NCBI RefSeq assembly: GCF_009914755.1
Contig: NC_060939.1
Length of the DNA stretch: 64,000 nucleotides
Reading direction: 5' to 3' (one strand)
Origin: the human T2T-CHM13v2.0 reference genome, Homo sapiens
A program made the translations under genes and the position numbers. The notes under the pieces are model-generated. The model searched no databases. It saw nothing but the letters and a program-made list of their open reading frames with translations, and was not told where the DNA came from. Positions 28,001 through 42,770 of the stretch are shown here, piece by piece. Each line of letters starts with the position of its first letter. Within the stretch, counting starts at the first letter, position 1.

Positions 28001-29438
28001 CTTATCCATTTCAAGCCATTCCATTCCATTCCATTCCACTCGTTTCCTTTCCATTCGAGTCCATTCCACTCCACTCCATTCCATTCGAATACATTTCACT
28101 CCAGTCCATTCCATTCGAATCCATTTCACTCCAGTCCATTAAATTCGAGTACATTCCATTCCATTCTATTCAATGCCATTCCATTCAATTCTATTCCATT
28201 CGACACCATTCCTTTCCATTCCGTTCAATCCGATTCCATTCCATTGTATTCCATTCAATTCCATTCCATTGCATTCCATTCCATTCGATTCGTTTCCATT
28301 CCATTCAAATTCATTCCACTCAAGTCCATTCCATTCGAGTCCATTCCATTCCAGTCCATTCCAATAGAGTCCATTGCTTTCCATTCCATTTGATATCTTC
28401 CCATTACAGTCCATTCCATTCTATTCCTTTGGTTCCCATTCAATTCAATTCCATTTGATTACATTTCATTCGATTCCATTCCATTCGACTCCATTCCATT
28501 CGAGTCCATTCCATTCCAGTCCATTCCATTCGATTCCATTCCATTCGATTCCATTCCACTCATTTCCACTCCGTTGCATTCCATTGCATTCCATTCTATT
28601 CCATTCCATTGCATTCCATTCCATTCCATTAGATTACATTCCATTCGATTCCATTCCATTCGAATCAATTACATTGCAATGCATTACATTCATGCCCTTT
28701 GTATTAAAGTCCAATGCATTATGGTCCATTCCATTCAATTCCATTCTATTCCATTCCATTCGAATCAATTACATTGCAATCCATCACATTCGAGTACGTT
28801 CTGTTCCAGTGCATTCCATTCTGGTCTATACCATTCAATTCCATTCCCTTTGATTCCATTCCATTCTTGTGCATTCCATTGGATTCCATCTTATTGAAAT
28901 AAGTTCTATTCGAGACCATTTCTTCGAGTCCAATCAATTTGAGTCTATTCCATTCGAGTCCATTACATCTGCGTCTATTCCATTCCATCCCATTCCATTC
29001 GATGCCATTCAATTTGATTCTTTTCCATTAGGCTCCATTCCTTTCCTTTCAGTTCCATCGGATTCCATTCCATTCTATTCCTTTCCATTTCATTGCATTC
29101 CATTCCATTCCACTGGAGACCATTCCACTTCAGTGCATTCCATTCCAGTGTATTCCATTCCATTCCACTGGAGACCATTCCAATTCAGTGTGTTCCATTC
29201 CAGTGTATTCCATTCCATTCCATTTGATATCTTTCCATTACACTCCATTCCATTGTATTCCTTTACAGTCCATTCAATTCCACTCTATTCAATTCCATTC
29301 AATTCAATTCCATTACATTCGACTCCATTTCATTTGAGTCCATTGCAATCCATTCCATTCCATTTCTTTATGTTCTATTCCATTCCCTTCGATTCCATTT
29401 TGTTCCAGTCCATTCCATTCGAGTCCATTGCATTCCAG
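25059..29438 (+). repeat. HOR unit 5, truncated terminal copy (~4.38 kb)
   Basis: Collinear with unit 1 up to the equivalent of ~4294. The expected GCAATTCATTTG and CAATCCAGTTGAATC continuation is absent after ~29438. Confidence 0.85.
29101..29220 (+). repeat. 55 bp tandem duplication private to HOR unit 5
   Basis: CACTGGAGACCATTCCA...CAGTGTATTCC occurs at 29111 and 29166; it is single-copy in units 1-4 (e.g. 3986). Confidence 0.85.
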
Positions 29439-32400
29439 TCCATTCCCTTCGATTCCATTCCACTCAACTGTCTTCCATTCCATTGTATTCCATTTTATTC
29501 CATTCCATTGCTTTGCATTCCATTCCATTTGATTCCCTTCTATTCCATTCCATTCGAAATAATTACGTTTTAATTTTTACATTCGATTCCGTTCTGCTCC
29601 AGTCCATTCCATTCCTGTCCATTCCATTCGACTCCATTCCATTGGATTCCATTCCATACTATTGCATTCCATTTTGTTACATTCTATTCGAGTTAACTCC
29701 ATTCGAGGCTATTCCTTTTGAGTCCATTATGTTTGAGTCCATTCCATTCTATTCCATTTCATTTGGATCCATTCCAATCCATTCCATTCCGTTAAATTCC
29801 ATTCCATTCCATTCGATGCTATTCCATTTGATTTTATTCCTTTCGAGTCCATTCCATTCCATTCCTTTCGATTTTATTACATTCGGTTCCATTTTATTCC
29901 ATTCCATTCTATCTAATTCCATTCCATTCTATTCCTTTCCATTCCATTCCTTTCTATCTGATTCCATTCCATTCCATTCGAGTCCATTCCATTCCAGTCC
30001 ATTCCATTTGATTCCATTCCATTCCATTCCATTTGATATTTCTCCGTTACCCTCCATTCCATTCTGTTCCTTTTGATTCCATTCAATTCCATTCCATTCT
30101 ACTCCATTCCATTCATTTCCATTCCATTCCATTCCATTCTGTTCCGTTCGATTCCAATCCATTCGATACCATTTTTTCCACTCCATTCCATTTGAGTCTA
30201 TTCCATTCCAGTACATTCCATTAGATTCCATTCCATTCAATTCCATTCCATTCCATTGCACTCAATTCCACTCCGTTCCATACCATTGCATTCCAATTTA
30301 TTCCATTACATTTCATTCCTTTGCATTCCTTTTGATTACATTCCTTTTGATTCCATTCAATTCAAATCAATTACATTGCATTCCATAACTTTCGATTCGG
30401 TTCTATTCCAGTCCTGTCCATTCCAGTCCATTCCATTCGATTCCACTCCTTTTGATTCCATTCCCTACTATTGCATTCCATTCAATAGCATTCTATTCAT
30501 ATAAATTCCATTTGAGACCATTCGTTTCGAGTCCATTCTATTTGAGTCCATTCCATTCGAGTCCATTATATTTGGGTCCATTCCATTCCATTCCATTCCA
30601 TTCCATTCCATTCCATTCCATTCCATTCCATTTGATGTCATTCATTTGGACTCTATTTCTTTCGAGTCCATTCCATTCGAGTCCATTCCATTCAATTCCA
30701 TTCTTTCATGGCCATTGCATTTGATGCTGTTCCATTTGACTCCATTGCATTCCATTCCGTTTCATGTGATTCCATTCCATTCTACTCGTTCCATTCCATT
30801 CATTTCCATTCCATTGGAATCCATTCCACTCCAGTGCATTCCATTCGTGTCCATTGCTTTTGAGTCTATTCCATTCACGTCCGTTCATTTCCATTCCATT
30901 CCATTCCATTCGATATCTTTCCATTACTCCCCATTCCATTATGTTCGTTTTGGTTCCATTCAATATCATTCTATTGGATTCCACTCCATTTTACTCCCTT
31001 CCATTCGATTTCATTCTTTTCGATCCCATTATTTTGGACTCCATTCCTTTCGATTTCATTCTTTTTGATTCCATTCTTTTCGTCTCCATTCCATTCGACT
31101 CCATTCCATTCGAGTCCATTCCTTTCCATTCCATTTCATTGCATTCCATTCCATTCCGTTCCATTCGATTCCAATCCGTTTGATACCATTTTGTTCCAGT
31201 CCATTCCATTCGAGTCCATTCCATTCCAGTCCATTCCATTCACTTCCATTGCATTCGAGTCCATTCCACTCCAGTCCATTCCTGTCGAGTCCATTCCATT
31301 CCATTCCATGCGATAGTTTTCCATTACACTCCATTCCATTCTTTTCCTTTCAATTCTGTTCAATTCCATTCCATTCGATTCCATTGCAATCGATTGCACT
31401 CCATTTGACAGCATTCCATTCGAGTCCATTCCACTCCAGTCCATTCCAGTCGAGTCCATTCCATTCCAATCCATTCCCTTCAAGTCCATATCATTCCATT
31501 GCATTCCATTCGATAGCATTCCATTACACTCCATTCCATTCTATTCTTTTCAATTCCATTCAATTCCATTGCTTTCAATTCCATTCCATTTGATTCCACT
31601 CCATTTGACTCCATTCCATTCGAGTCCATTCCAATTGATTCCATTCCATTCCATTACATTCCATTCCATTCCGTTCAATTCCAATCTGTTGAATTCCATT
31701 TTTTCCAGTCCATTCCCTTCGATTCCATTCTATTCGATTCCATTCTTCTCGATTCCAGTCCGTTCCATTTCATTGCATTCCATTCTATTCCATTCCCATG
31801 CAGTCCATTCCATTCCATTTGATTTCTTTCCATTTAATTCCACTCCTTTCGAATCAATTACATTGCAATCCATTACATTGGAGTCCATTCCATTCCTGTC
31901 CATTCCATTCCAGTCCATTTCATTCGATTCCATTCCATACAATTGCATTCCATTCACATCCATTCTATTTGAATAAATTCCATTCGAGACCATTCCTTTC
32001 TTGTCCATTGTAGTAGAATCCATTCCATTGGAGTCCATTACATTTTGGTTCACTCCATTCCATTCCATTCCATTCTATTCGATGCCATTCCAAATGATTC
32101 TATTCCATACGAGTCCATTCCTTTCTTTTCCGTTCCATTCCATTGCATTCCTTTACAATACATTCGATGCCATTTAATTCCATTCTATTCAATTCGACTC
32201 CATTCCATTCCATTCCGTTCCCTCCGATTGCATTCCATTCTATTCCATTCCATTCCATTCCATTCCATTCCATTCTTTTCCATTCCATTCGAGTCCCTTC
32301 CATTTTATTCCATTCCTTTTGATATCTTTCCATTACACACAATTCCATTCTATTCCTTTCAATTTCATTCAATTCCATTCCATTTGATTCCATTCCATTC

Positions 32401-33330
32401 GGTTCCATTCCATTCCATTCTACTTCATTTGATTCGTGTCCATTCCATTCCAGTCCATCCCTTTACTTTCCATTTGATTCCAATCCATTCGATTCCATTT
32501 TGTTCCAGTCCATTCCATTGCAGTCCATTCCACTCCATTCCATTCCATTTGATTGCATTCCATTCGACTCCATTCCATTCAATTCCATTCCACTTGATTC
32601 CACTCCGTTCCTTTCCATTGCATTCCATTTTATTCCATTTCATTGCTTAACATTCCATTCAATTTGATAACTTTCCATTCGTTTCCATTCCATTCAAATC
32701 ACATAAATTGCAATCCAATGCATTCGAGTCCATTCTATTCCAGTCAATTTCTTTCCTGTCCATTCCATTCGATTCTTTTCCTTTCGATTCTATTCCATAC
32801 GATGGCATTCCATTCGATTCCATTCTATTCGAATAAATTCCATTCGATACCATTCCTTTCGAGTCCAATCCATTTATGTACATTCCATTCGAGTCCATTA
32901 TATTTGGGTACTTTCCATTCCATTGCATTCCATTGCATTCCATTTCATGCAATGTCATTCCATTCGATTCTATTCCATTCTTCTCTATTCCATTCCAGTT
33001 CGTTTCATCCAATTCCATTCCATTCTACTCCTTTCCATTCCATTGATTCTGTTACATTCGTTTCCATTCTTTTTGAGTCCATTCCATTCAGGTCCATTCC
33101 TTTCCATTCCATTCGATGCCATTCCAATCGATTCTATTTCATTAGACTCCATTCCATTCCATTCCATTCCATCCAATTCCTTTCCATTCTATTCCTTTCC
33201 ATTTCATTTCATTCCATTCCATTCCATTCCAGTCCATTCCATTCGAGTCCCTTCCATTGCATTCCATTCCATTCGATATATTTACATTACACCCAATTCC
33301 ATTCTATACCTTTCGATTCCATTAATTCCA

Positions 33331-33496
33331 TTCCATTCGAATCCATTCCATTTGGTTCCATTCCATTCGACTCCATTCGTTTCGAGTCCATTCCATTCCA
33401 TTCAATCCCATTCCATTCCAATCCATTCCATTCGGTTCCATTCCATTTGACTCCTTTCCATTCGAGTCCATTCCATTCCATTCAATCCCATTCCAT
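33331..33496 (+). repeat. 80 bp tandem duplication
   Basis: TTCGAGTCCATTCCATTCCATTCAATCCCATTCCAT occurs at 33381 and 33461, each preceded by a GGTTCC...GACTCC block. Confidence 0.7.
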
Positions 33497-36400
33497 ACCA
33501 TTCGATTCCAATCCGTTTGATTCCATTTTGTTCCAGTCCATTCCATTCGAGTCCATTCCATTCCATACCATTCGATGCCATTCAATGCGATTCTATTCCA
33601 TTTGACTCCATTCCATTCCATTCAGTTCCATCCCATTCAGTTCCATCCCATTGCATTCCATTCTATTCCTTTGCATTAAATTCCATTCCATTCCATTCTA
33701 TTCGTTTCCATTCCTTTTGTGTCCATTCCACTTCAGTACATTCCAATCGAGTCCATTCCATTCCCGTCCATTCCATTCGGTTCCATTCCATTCGATTCCA
33801 TTCTATAGTTTTCATTCCATTCGATTCCATTCTGTTCGAATAAATTCCCTTCGAGACCATTCCCCTCGAGTCCATTCTATTTGGGTCCCTTCCATTCAAG
33901 TCCATTACATTTGGGTCCATTCCATTCCATTACATTTCCTGTGATTCCAGTCCGTTCAATTCCATTTTTTTTCAAGTACATTCAATTCGAGTTCATTCCA
34001 TTCCTGTGCATTAGATGCCCTTCCAATCGATTCTATTCCATTTGACTCCATTCCATTCCATTCCGTTTCACCCGATTCCATTTCATTCTATTCCTTTCCA
34101 TTTCATTCCATTCCATTCCATTCCTTTCCATTCCATTCGCTTCCATTGCATTTGATTCCATTCCCCTCCAGTCCATTCCATCCGAGTCCATTCCTAATCA
34201 TTCCATTTCTTTCGAGTCCATTCCATTCCATTCTATTCGATATTTTTCCATTACACATCATTCCATTCTATTCCTTTCGATTCCATTCAATTCCATTCGT
34301 TTCGATTCCACTGCAATCGATTCCATTCCATTTGACACCATTCCATTCGAGTCCATTCCACTCCAGTCCATTCCATTCGAGTCCATTCCATTCCAGTCCA
34401 TTACATTCGAGTCCATTCCATTCCATTCCATTCCATTCAATACCTTTCCATTCCATTCCATTCCATTCCATTCTATTCCTTTGGATTCCATTCAATTACA
34501 TTCCATTCAATTCCTTTCCATTCTATTCCATTCCATTTGACTCCAATTCACGTCCATTCGAATCCATTCCATTCCATTCCATTCCATTCCATTCCATTCC
34601 AATCCGTTCGATGCCATTTTGTTCCATTCCATTCCCTTCGATTGCATTCCATTCAATTACATTCTACGCGATTCCACTCTGGTCCATTCTATTGCATTCC
34701 ATTCTATTCCATTCCATTGCATTCTATTCAATTCTTTTGATTACATTCCATTCTATTCCAATCCATTCGTATCAATTACATTGCAATCCATTACATTGGA
34801 GTCTGTTCTATTCCATTACGTTCCATTCCGGTCCATTCCATTCGATTCCATTCCATTCGATTCCATTCCACTAGATTCTTTTCCATTCCATATTATTTCA
34901 TTCCATTATATTCCATTCTGTTGAATTCCATTCCATTCCATTTGATTACATTCCATTTGATTACATTCCATTCAAATCAATTACATTGACATCCATTACA
35001 TTCGGGTTCATTCTATTCCAGTCAATTCCATTCTGGTCCATTCCATACGATTCCATGCCATTCAATTACATTCCATACTATTGCATTCCATTCGATTCCA
35101 TTCTATTCGAATAAATTCCATTCGAGACCATTCCTTTCAAGTCCATTCTAATGGAGTCCATTCCACTCGAGTCCATTTCTTTTGGGTCCATTCCTTTCCA
35201 TTCCATTTCATTCCATTCCTTTCCATTCGGTGCCATTCCCCTCCATTCAATACCATTTGAGTCCATTCCTTTCGTGTACATTCCATTCCATTCCATGGCA
35301 TTCCACACAATTCTATTCCATTCGAGTCATTCCTTTCTATTCCATTACATCCAATTCCATTCCAGTCTATTCATTTCCATTCCATTCCATTCCATTCCAT
35401 TAGTTTCCATTCCACTCGAATCTATTCCACTCCAGTACATTCCATTCGAGTTCACTCCATTCCAGTCTATTCCATTCGAGTCCATTCTGTTCCATTCCAT
35501 TCGATGCCAATTCGTTTGAATGCATTTTGTTCCAGTACATTCCCTTCGAGTCCTTTTCATTCCAGTCCATTCCATGCAATTCCATTTCATTCGATTGCAT
35601 TCCATTCGATTCCATTCTGCTCGATTCCACTCCATTCCATTCCTTTGCCTTCCATTCTATTCCATTCCTTTGCATTCCGTTCCATTCCATTCGACTGCAT
35701 TCCATTCAATTCAATTACATTTCAATCCATTACACCCGAGTCCGTTCTATTCCAGTCCATTCCATTGCAGTCCATTCCATTCAATTCCATTCCATTCAAT
35801 TCCAATCCACACTATTGCATTCCATTCGATTGCATCCTATTCGAATAAATTCCATTTGAGACTATTCCTTTCGAGTCCATTCTATTTGAGTCCATTCCTT
35901 TTGAGTCCATTACATATGGGTCCATTCCGTTCCATTCCATTCCATTCGATTTCATTTCATTGCATTGCATTCCATTCCATTAGATTACATTACTTTTGAT
36001 TACATTCAATTCTAATCAATTACATTGCAGTCCATTACATTCGAGTCCGTTCTCTTCCAGTACATTCCATTCCAGTCCATTCCATTCAATTCCATTCCAT
36101 TCAATTCCCTTCCATAATATGGCATTCCATTTGATTACATTCTATACGAATACATTTCATTCGAGACCATTCCATTCGAGTCCATTCTATTTGAGTCCTT
36201 TTCATGTGTGTCCATTCCATTTGGGTCCATTCCATTCCATTTCATGCTAATCCGTTCGATTCTATTCCATTCGACTCCATGTCATTCCATTCTGTTCCAT
36301 CTGATTCCATTCCTTTCGATTCCTTTAAATTCCATTCCATTCCATTCGTGTCAGTTCCACTCCTGTCCATTCCATTCGAGTCCATTCCATTCCAGTCCAT

Positions 36401-36899
36401 TCCGTTCGAGTCCATTCCGTTCCATTCCCTTCAATATCTTTCCATTACACTCCATTCCCTTCCATTCCTTTCGATGCCATTGCATTCTATTCTACCCCAT
36501 TTGAGTCCATTCTATTCAAGTCCATTCCATTCGATACCATTCCATTCGATTCTATTCCATTCGACTCGTTTCTTTATATTCTGTTCCATCAAATTTCGTT
36601 CCATTCTATTCAATTCTATTCCATTCCTTTCCATTCCATTCCATTCCATTCCATTCGTGTCCATTCCGTTCTTCTCCATTCCACTCCAGTCCTATCCATT
36701 CGAGTCCATTCCATTCCATGCCATTCCATTCAATTCTATTCTATTTGACTCAGTTAAACTCCATTCCTTTCTATCCGATGCCTTTCCTTTCTATTCCTTT
36801 CCACTGCATTCCAATCCATTCCATTCGATTCCATTCCATTCAATTCCATTCTTCTCCAGTCCATTCCTTTCGAGTCCATTCCATTGCAGTCCATTCCAT

Positions 36900-37505
36900 T
36901 GGAGCCCATTCCATTCCATTCCATTCCATTCGATAACTTTCCATTACTCTCCATTCCATTCTATTCCTTTCGATTCCATTCAATTCCATTCCATTCGATA
37001 TCTTTCCATTACACTCCATTCCATTGTGTTCCTTTCGATTCCATTCAATTCCATTCCATTCGATTCCATTCCATGCAACTCCATGCCATTCATGTCCATT
37101 CCATTCCATTCCGTTCCATTCGATTCCAATCCGTTACTTTCCATTTTGTTACAGTCAATTCCACTCGAGTCCATTCCATTGCAGTCCATTCCATTCGAGT
37201 CCATTACATTCCATTCCATTCGATATCTTTCCATTACCCTCCATTCCATTTTATTCCTTTCGATTCCATTCAATTCCATTCCATTCGATATCTTTCCATT
37301 ACACTCCATTCCATTCTATTCCTTTTGATTCCATTCAGTTCCATTCCATTCAATTCCATTCCATTCGATTCCATTCCATTCGACTCCATGCCATTCATGT
37401 CCATTCCATTCCATTCCATTCCATTGCGTTCCATTCGATTCCAATACATTACTTTTCATTTTGTTCCAGTCAATTCCACTCGAGTCCATTCCATTCTGGT
37501 CCATT
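36900..37505 (+). repeat. ~290-315 bp tandem duplication
   Basis: CCATGCCATTCATGTCCATT occurs at 37081 and 37386. CAGTCAATTCCACTCGAGTCC occurs twice. Paired GATA(T/A)CTTTCC blocks sit at ~36932/36997 and ~37222/37287. Confidence 0.78.
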
Positions 37506-37619
37506 CCATTTGATTCCCTTCCTTTCGATTCGATTAAATTCCATTTGATTCCATTCCACTAGATTTCACTCCATTCCATTCCATTGCATTCCATTCTGTT
37601 CCATTCCATTGCATTCCAT

Positions 37620-40300
37620 TCCGTTCCATTTGATTTCATTCCATTCAATTCCAAGGCATTCAAATAAATTACATTACAATCCATTACATTCGAGTCCATT
37701 CTATTCCAGTGCATTCCATTCTGGTCCATTCCATTTGATTCAGTTCCATTCAATACCATTTGATACTATTGCACTCCTTTAGATTCCATTCTATTTGAAT
37801 AAATTCCATTCGAGACCATTCCTTTTGAGTCCATTCTATTTGAGTCCATTCCATTCGTGTCCATTACATTTGGGTCCGTTCGATTGCATTCCATTCCATT
37901 CCTTTCTATTCCATTTGATACCATTACATTCGAATCTATTCCATTAGAGTCCATTCCATTTGAATGCATTCCATTCCATTCCATTCCATGCCATTCCATT
38001 TGATTCTATTCTATTCGACTCCATTCCATTTCATTCGGTTCCATCTGATTCCACTCCATTCTTGCCCTTTCCATACCATTCCATTCCGTTGGTTTCCATT
38101 CCATTGGAGTCCATTCCACTCCAACCCATTCCATTCGAGTCCATTCCATTCCAGTACATTTCATTCGAGTCCATTCCATTCCATTCAATTCCACTTGATA
38201 TCTTTCCTTTTCATTCCTTTCCATTCTTTTCGTTTCGATTCCATTCAATTCCATTCCATTCGATTCCATTCCACTGTATTCCTTTCCATTCGACTCCATT
38301 CCATTCGAATCCATTCCTTTTCTTCCATTCCATTCCTTTCTGTTCGACTTCATTCCGTTCGATTCCTATTTGTTGCAGTCCATTCCATTCGAGTCCATTC
38401 CATTCCAGTCCATTCAATTCGATTCCATTCCATTCGATTCCCTTCCATTCGATTCCATTCCACTCGTTTCCTCTCCATTGCATTCCATTGCATTCCATTC
38501 TATTCCATTCCATTGCATATCATTACATTTCCTATGATTACATTCCATTTGATTCCATTCAGCTCAAATCAATTGGATTGCAATCCATTACATTCGAGTC
38601 CGTTCTATTCCAGTCCATTCCATTCTCGTCCATTCCTTTCGATTCCATTCCATACTATTGCATTCCATTCGATTCCACTGTATTCGAATAAATTCCATTC
38701 AAGACCATTCCTTTTTAATCCATTCTATTTGAGTCTATTACATTCAAGTCCATTACATTTGGGTCCATCCAATTCCAGTCCATACCATTCGATGTCATTC
38801 CATTCTATTCTATTCCATTCGACTCCATTCCATTCCATTAAATTCCATTCAATTCTGTTCCATTCGATTCCAATCCATTACATTCCATTTTGTTCCAATC
38901 AATTCCAATCGAGTCCATTCCATTTTATTCCATTCAATTCCACTCGAGTACATTCCATTCCAGTCCATTCCATTCGATTCCATTCCTTTCTATTCCATTC
39001 CATTCAATTCGAATAAATTCCATTTGATTCCATTCCACTCTATTCCATTCTGTTCCATTCCACTGCTTGCCATTCTATTCCATTCCTTTGCATTCCATTC
39101 CATTCCATTTGATTACATTCCATTCAATTTCAAGGCATTCGAATCAATTACATTTCCATCCATTATATTTGAGTGTTTTCTATTCCAGTCCATTACATTC
39201 CAGTCTATTCCATTTGATTAAATTCCATTTGATTCATTTAGATACTATTACATTCCTTTCGATTCCATTCTATTTGAATAAATTCCATTCGAGACCATTC
39301 CTTTCGAGTCCATTCTATTTGACTGCATTCCATTCGTGTACATTACATTTGGGTCCGTTCCATTTCATTCCATTCCATTCCTTTCCATTCCATTCCATGC
39401 CATTACTTTCGATTCTATTCCATTAGAGTCCATTCCATTCCATTCCATTCCATTCCATTCCATTCGATGTCATTCCACACGATTCTATTCCATTCGTTTC
39501 CATTCCATTCCATTCAGTTCCATCCGATTCCATTCCATTGTAGTCCTTTCCATTCAATTCCATTCCATTCATTTCCTTTCCATTCGTGTCCATTCCACTC
39601 TAGTCCATTTCATTCGAGTCCATTCCACTCCAGTCCATTTCATTCCATTCCATTCCGTTCAATTCCATTTGATATCTTTCCATTTCACTCCATTCCATTC
39701 CATTCCATTCCATTCCATTCTATTTAATTCCATTCCATTCGACTCCATTCCATTCGTGTCCATTCCTTTTCATTCCTTTCCATTCCATTGCATCCTGTTC
39801 TACTTCAATCCGTTCTATTCCATTTTCTTCCAGTCCATTCCATTCGAGTCCATTCCATTCGAGTCCATTCCATTCCAGTCCATTCGATTCAATTCCATTC
39901 CATTCGATTCCCTTCCTTTCGATTCCTTTCCACTCAATTCCACTCCGTTCCTTTCCACTGAATTCCATTCCATTCCATTCCATTGCATACCATTGCATTC
40001 CGTATGATTTCATTCCATTTGATTCCATACAACTCAAATCAATTGGATTGCAATCCATTACAATCGAAACCATTTTATTCCAGTCCATTCCATTCTGGTC
40101 CATTCCATTTAATTCCATTCCATACTATTGCATTCCATTTGATTGCACTGTATTTGATTAAATTCCATTAGAGACCATTCCTTTTTAATAAATTATATTT
40201 GAGTCTATTGTATTCGAGTTCAATACATTTGGGTCCATCCAATTCCATTCCATTCCATTCGATGCCATTGCATTCGATTCTATTCCATTCGAGTCCATTC
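37620..40300 (+). repeat. Old diverged ~1.47-1.48 kb tandem duplication (two monomers per unit)
   Basis: CAAGGCATTC at 37652/39131, GGGTCCGTTC at 37872/39351, AATTGGATTGCAATCC at 38571/40041 and GGGTCCATCCAATTCC at 38761/40231. Confidence 0.8.
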
Positions 40301-42770
40301 CATTCGATTCCATTCCGTTCCATTCCATTCCATTCGATGACATTCCTTTCGATTCCATTCTACTCCAGTCCATTCCATTCGAGTACTTTCCATTCGAGTC
40401 CTTTCCATTCGAGTCCGTTCCATTGGAATTCATTCCATTCCATTCCATTGCTTTCGATATCTTTCCACTACACTCCATCCCATTCTATTTCTTAAGATTC
40501 AATTCAATTCCATTCCTTTCAGTTTCGTTCCATTCGACTCCATTCCATTCAAGTCCATTCCATTTCATTCCATTCTTTCCGATTAAATTCCGTTCAATTC
40601 CATTTTGATCCAATCCAATCCGTTCGAGTCCATTCTATTTGTTTCCGTTCCATTCCATTCCATTCCTTTCGATGCCATTCCATTCGATTCTGTTCAAGTC
40701 CATTCCGTCTGAGTCCATTCGATTCCATTCCCATCCACTCCATTCCATTAGATGCCATTCCATTTGATTCTAATCCACTCGACTCCATTCCATTCCATTC
40801 CTTTCCATCCGATTCCATTCCGTTCTATTCCTTTCCATTCCATTCCATTCCATTCCGTTCATTTCCATTGCTTTTGAGTTCTTTCCTCTCCAGTCCATTC
40901 CATTCGAGTCCATTCCATTACAATCCACTTGATTCGAGTCCATTCCATTCCATTACTTTTCATTCGATAACTTTCCTTTACACTCCATTCTTTTCTATTC
41001 ATTTCGATTATATTCAATTCTATTCCATTCGATTCCATTCCATTCTACTGCGTTCCTTTCTAGTCCATTCCATTCCATTCCATTCCATTTGATATCTTTC
41101 CATTACACTCCATTCCACTCTATTCCTTTCGATTCCTTTCAGTTGCATTCCATTATAGTCCATTCCATTACAATCCACTCCATTTGATTCCATTCCATTC
41201 TGTTCCTTTTGATTCGATATCTTTCCTTTACACTCCATTCCTTTCTATTCCTTTCGGTTCTATTCAATTCCATTCCATTCGATTCCATTCCATTCAATTC
41301 CATTTCATTTGACTCCATTCCATTCGAGTCCATTCCATTCCATTCCATTCCATTCGATATCTTTCCATTCCATTCCATTCCATTCTATTCGTTTGAATTC
41401 CATTCAATTGAATTCCATTCGAGTCCATTTCATTGCATTCCATTCCATTCCGTTCTTTTCGATTCCAATCCGTTCGATTCTACTTTGTTCCAGTCCATTC
41501 CATTCAAATCCATTCCCTTCCAGTGCATGCCATTTGATTCCATTCCATTCGACTCCATTCCACTCGACTCCATTCCACTCGATTCCACTCCGTTCCATTC
41601 TATTACATTCTATTCTATTTCATTCCATTGCATTCCATTCCATTCCATTTTATTACACTCCTTTCGATTCCATTCCATTCGAATCAATTACATTGTAATC
41701 CATTACATTCGATTCCATTCTATTCCAGTCCATTCCATTCCTGTCCATTCCATTTCGTTAGATTACATTTGATTCCATTATATACTATTGCAGTCTATTC
41801 GATTCCATTCTATTAGAATAAATTCCTTTTGAGACCATTCCTTTCGAGTCCATTCTATTTGAGTCCATTTCTTTCGACTCCATTACATTTGGGTCCATTC
41901 CATTCCATTCCTTTCCAGTCCATTACATTGCAGTCGATGCCAGTCCATTCAATTCTATTCCATTTGAGTCCATTATATTTGGGTCCATTCCATTCGATTC
42001 TATTCCATTTGAGTCCATTCCATTCGGGTCCATTCCATTCCACTCCATTCCATTCGATGCCATTCCATTCGAGTCCATTTCACTCCAGTCGATTCCATTC
42101 GATGCCTTTCCATTCGAGTCCATTTCATTCGAATCCATTCCATTGCATTCCATTCGATGCCATTCCATTTGATTCTATTCCATTCGACTCCATTCCCTTT
42201 CTTTCCATTCCATGAAATTCCATTCCATTCTATTCCTTTCCATTCCATTCCAATGTATTACATTCCATTCCGTTCGTGTCCATTCCACTCTAGTCCATTC
42301 CATTCGTGTCCATTCCATTCCTGTCCATTCCATTCCAGTGCATTCCATTCGAGTCAATTCCATTTAATTCCATTCGACATTTTTCCGTTTCACTCCATTT
42401 AATTCTGTTTCTTTCGTTTCCAATCAATTCCATTCCATTTGATTCCATTACATTCAATTCCCTTCCATTCTACTCCATTCCTTTCCATTCCATTGCATTC
42501 CGTTCGGTTTGTTGCCAATGCGTTTGATTCCATTTTGTTCCTGTCCATTCCATTCGAGTCCATTCCATTAGATTCCATTCCATTCGATTCCATGCCACTC
42601 GACTCCACTCCGTTCCATTCCATTGCGTTGCCTTCTATTCCATTTCTTTGTATTCCATTCCATTCCAGTGCATTCCATTCGTTTCCATTCTATTAGAGTC
42701 CATTCCACTCCAGTTCATTCCTTTTGAGTCCATTACATTCCAGTCCATTCCACTCGAATCCAATCCATTC

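Larger units (their letters stand above)
1..29438 (+). repeat. Homogenised ~4.8 kb higher-order repeat (HOR) domain
   Basis: The landmark TCYCTTCCAAAYGATTCC occurs at 1, 4809, 9607, 20265 and 25059. Identical or near-identical spurious ORFs recur at 166/4974/9772 and 358/5166/9964. Confidence 0.93.

Noticed and set aside
29540-29600. AT-rich, apparently non-satellite stretch (GAAATAATTACGTTTTAATTTTTAC) as a possible insertion
   Set aside because: It aligns with the cassette GAATCAATTACATTGCAATCCATTAC as a diverged copy; there is no target-site duplication or poly(A) tail.
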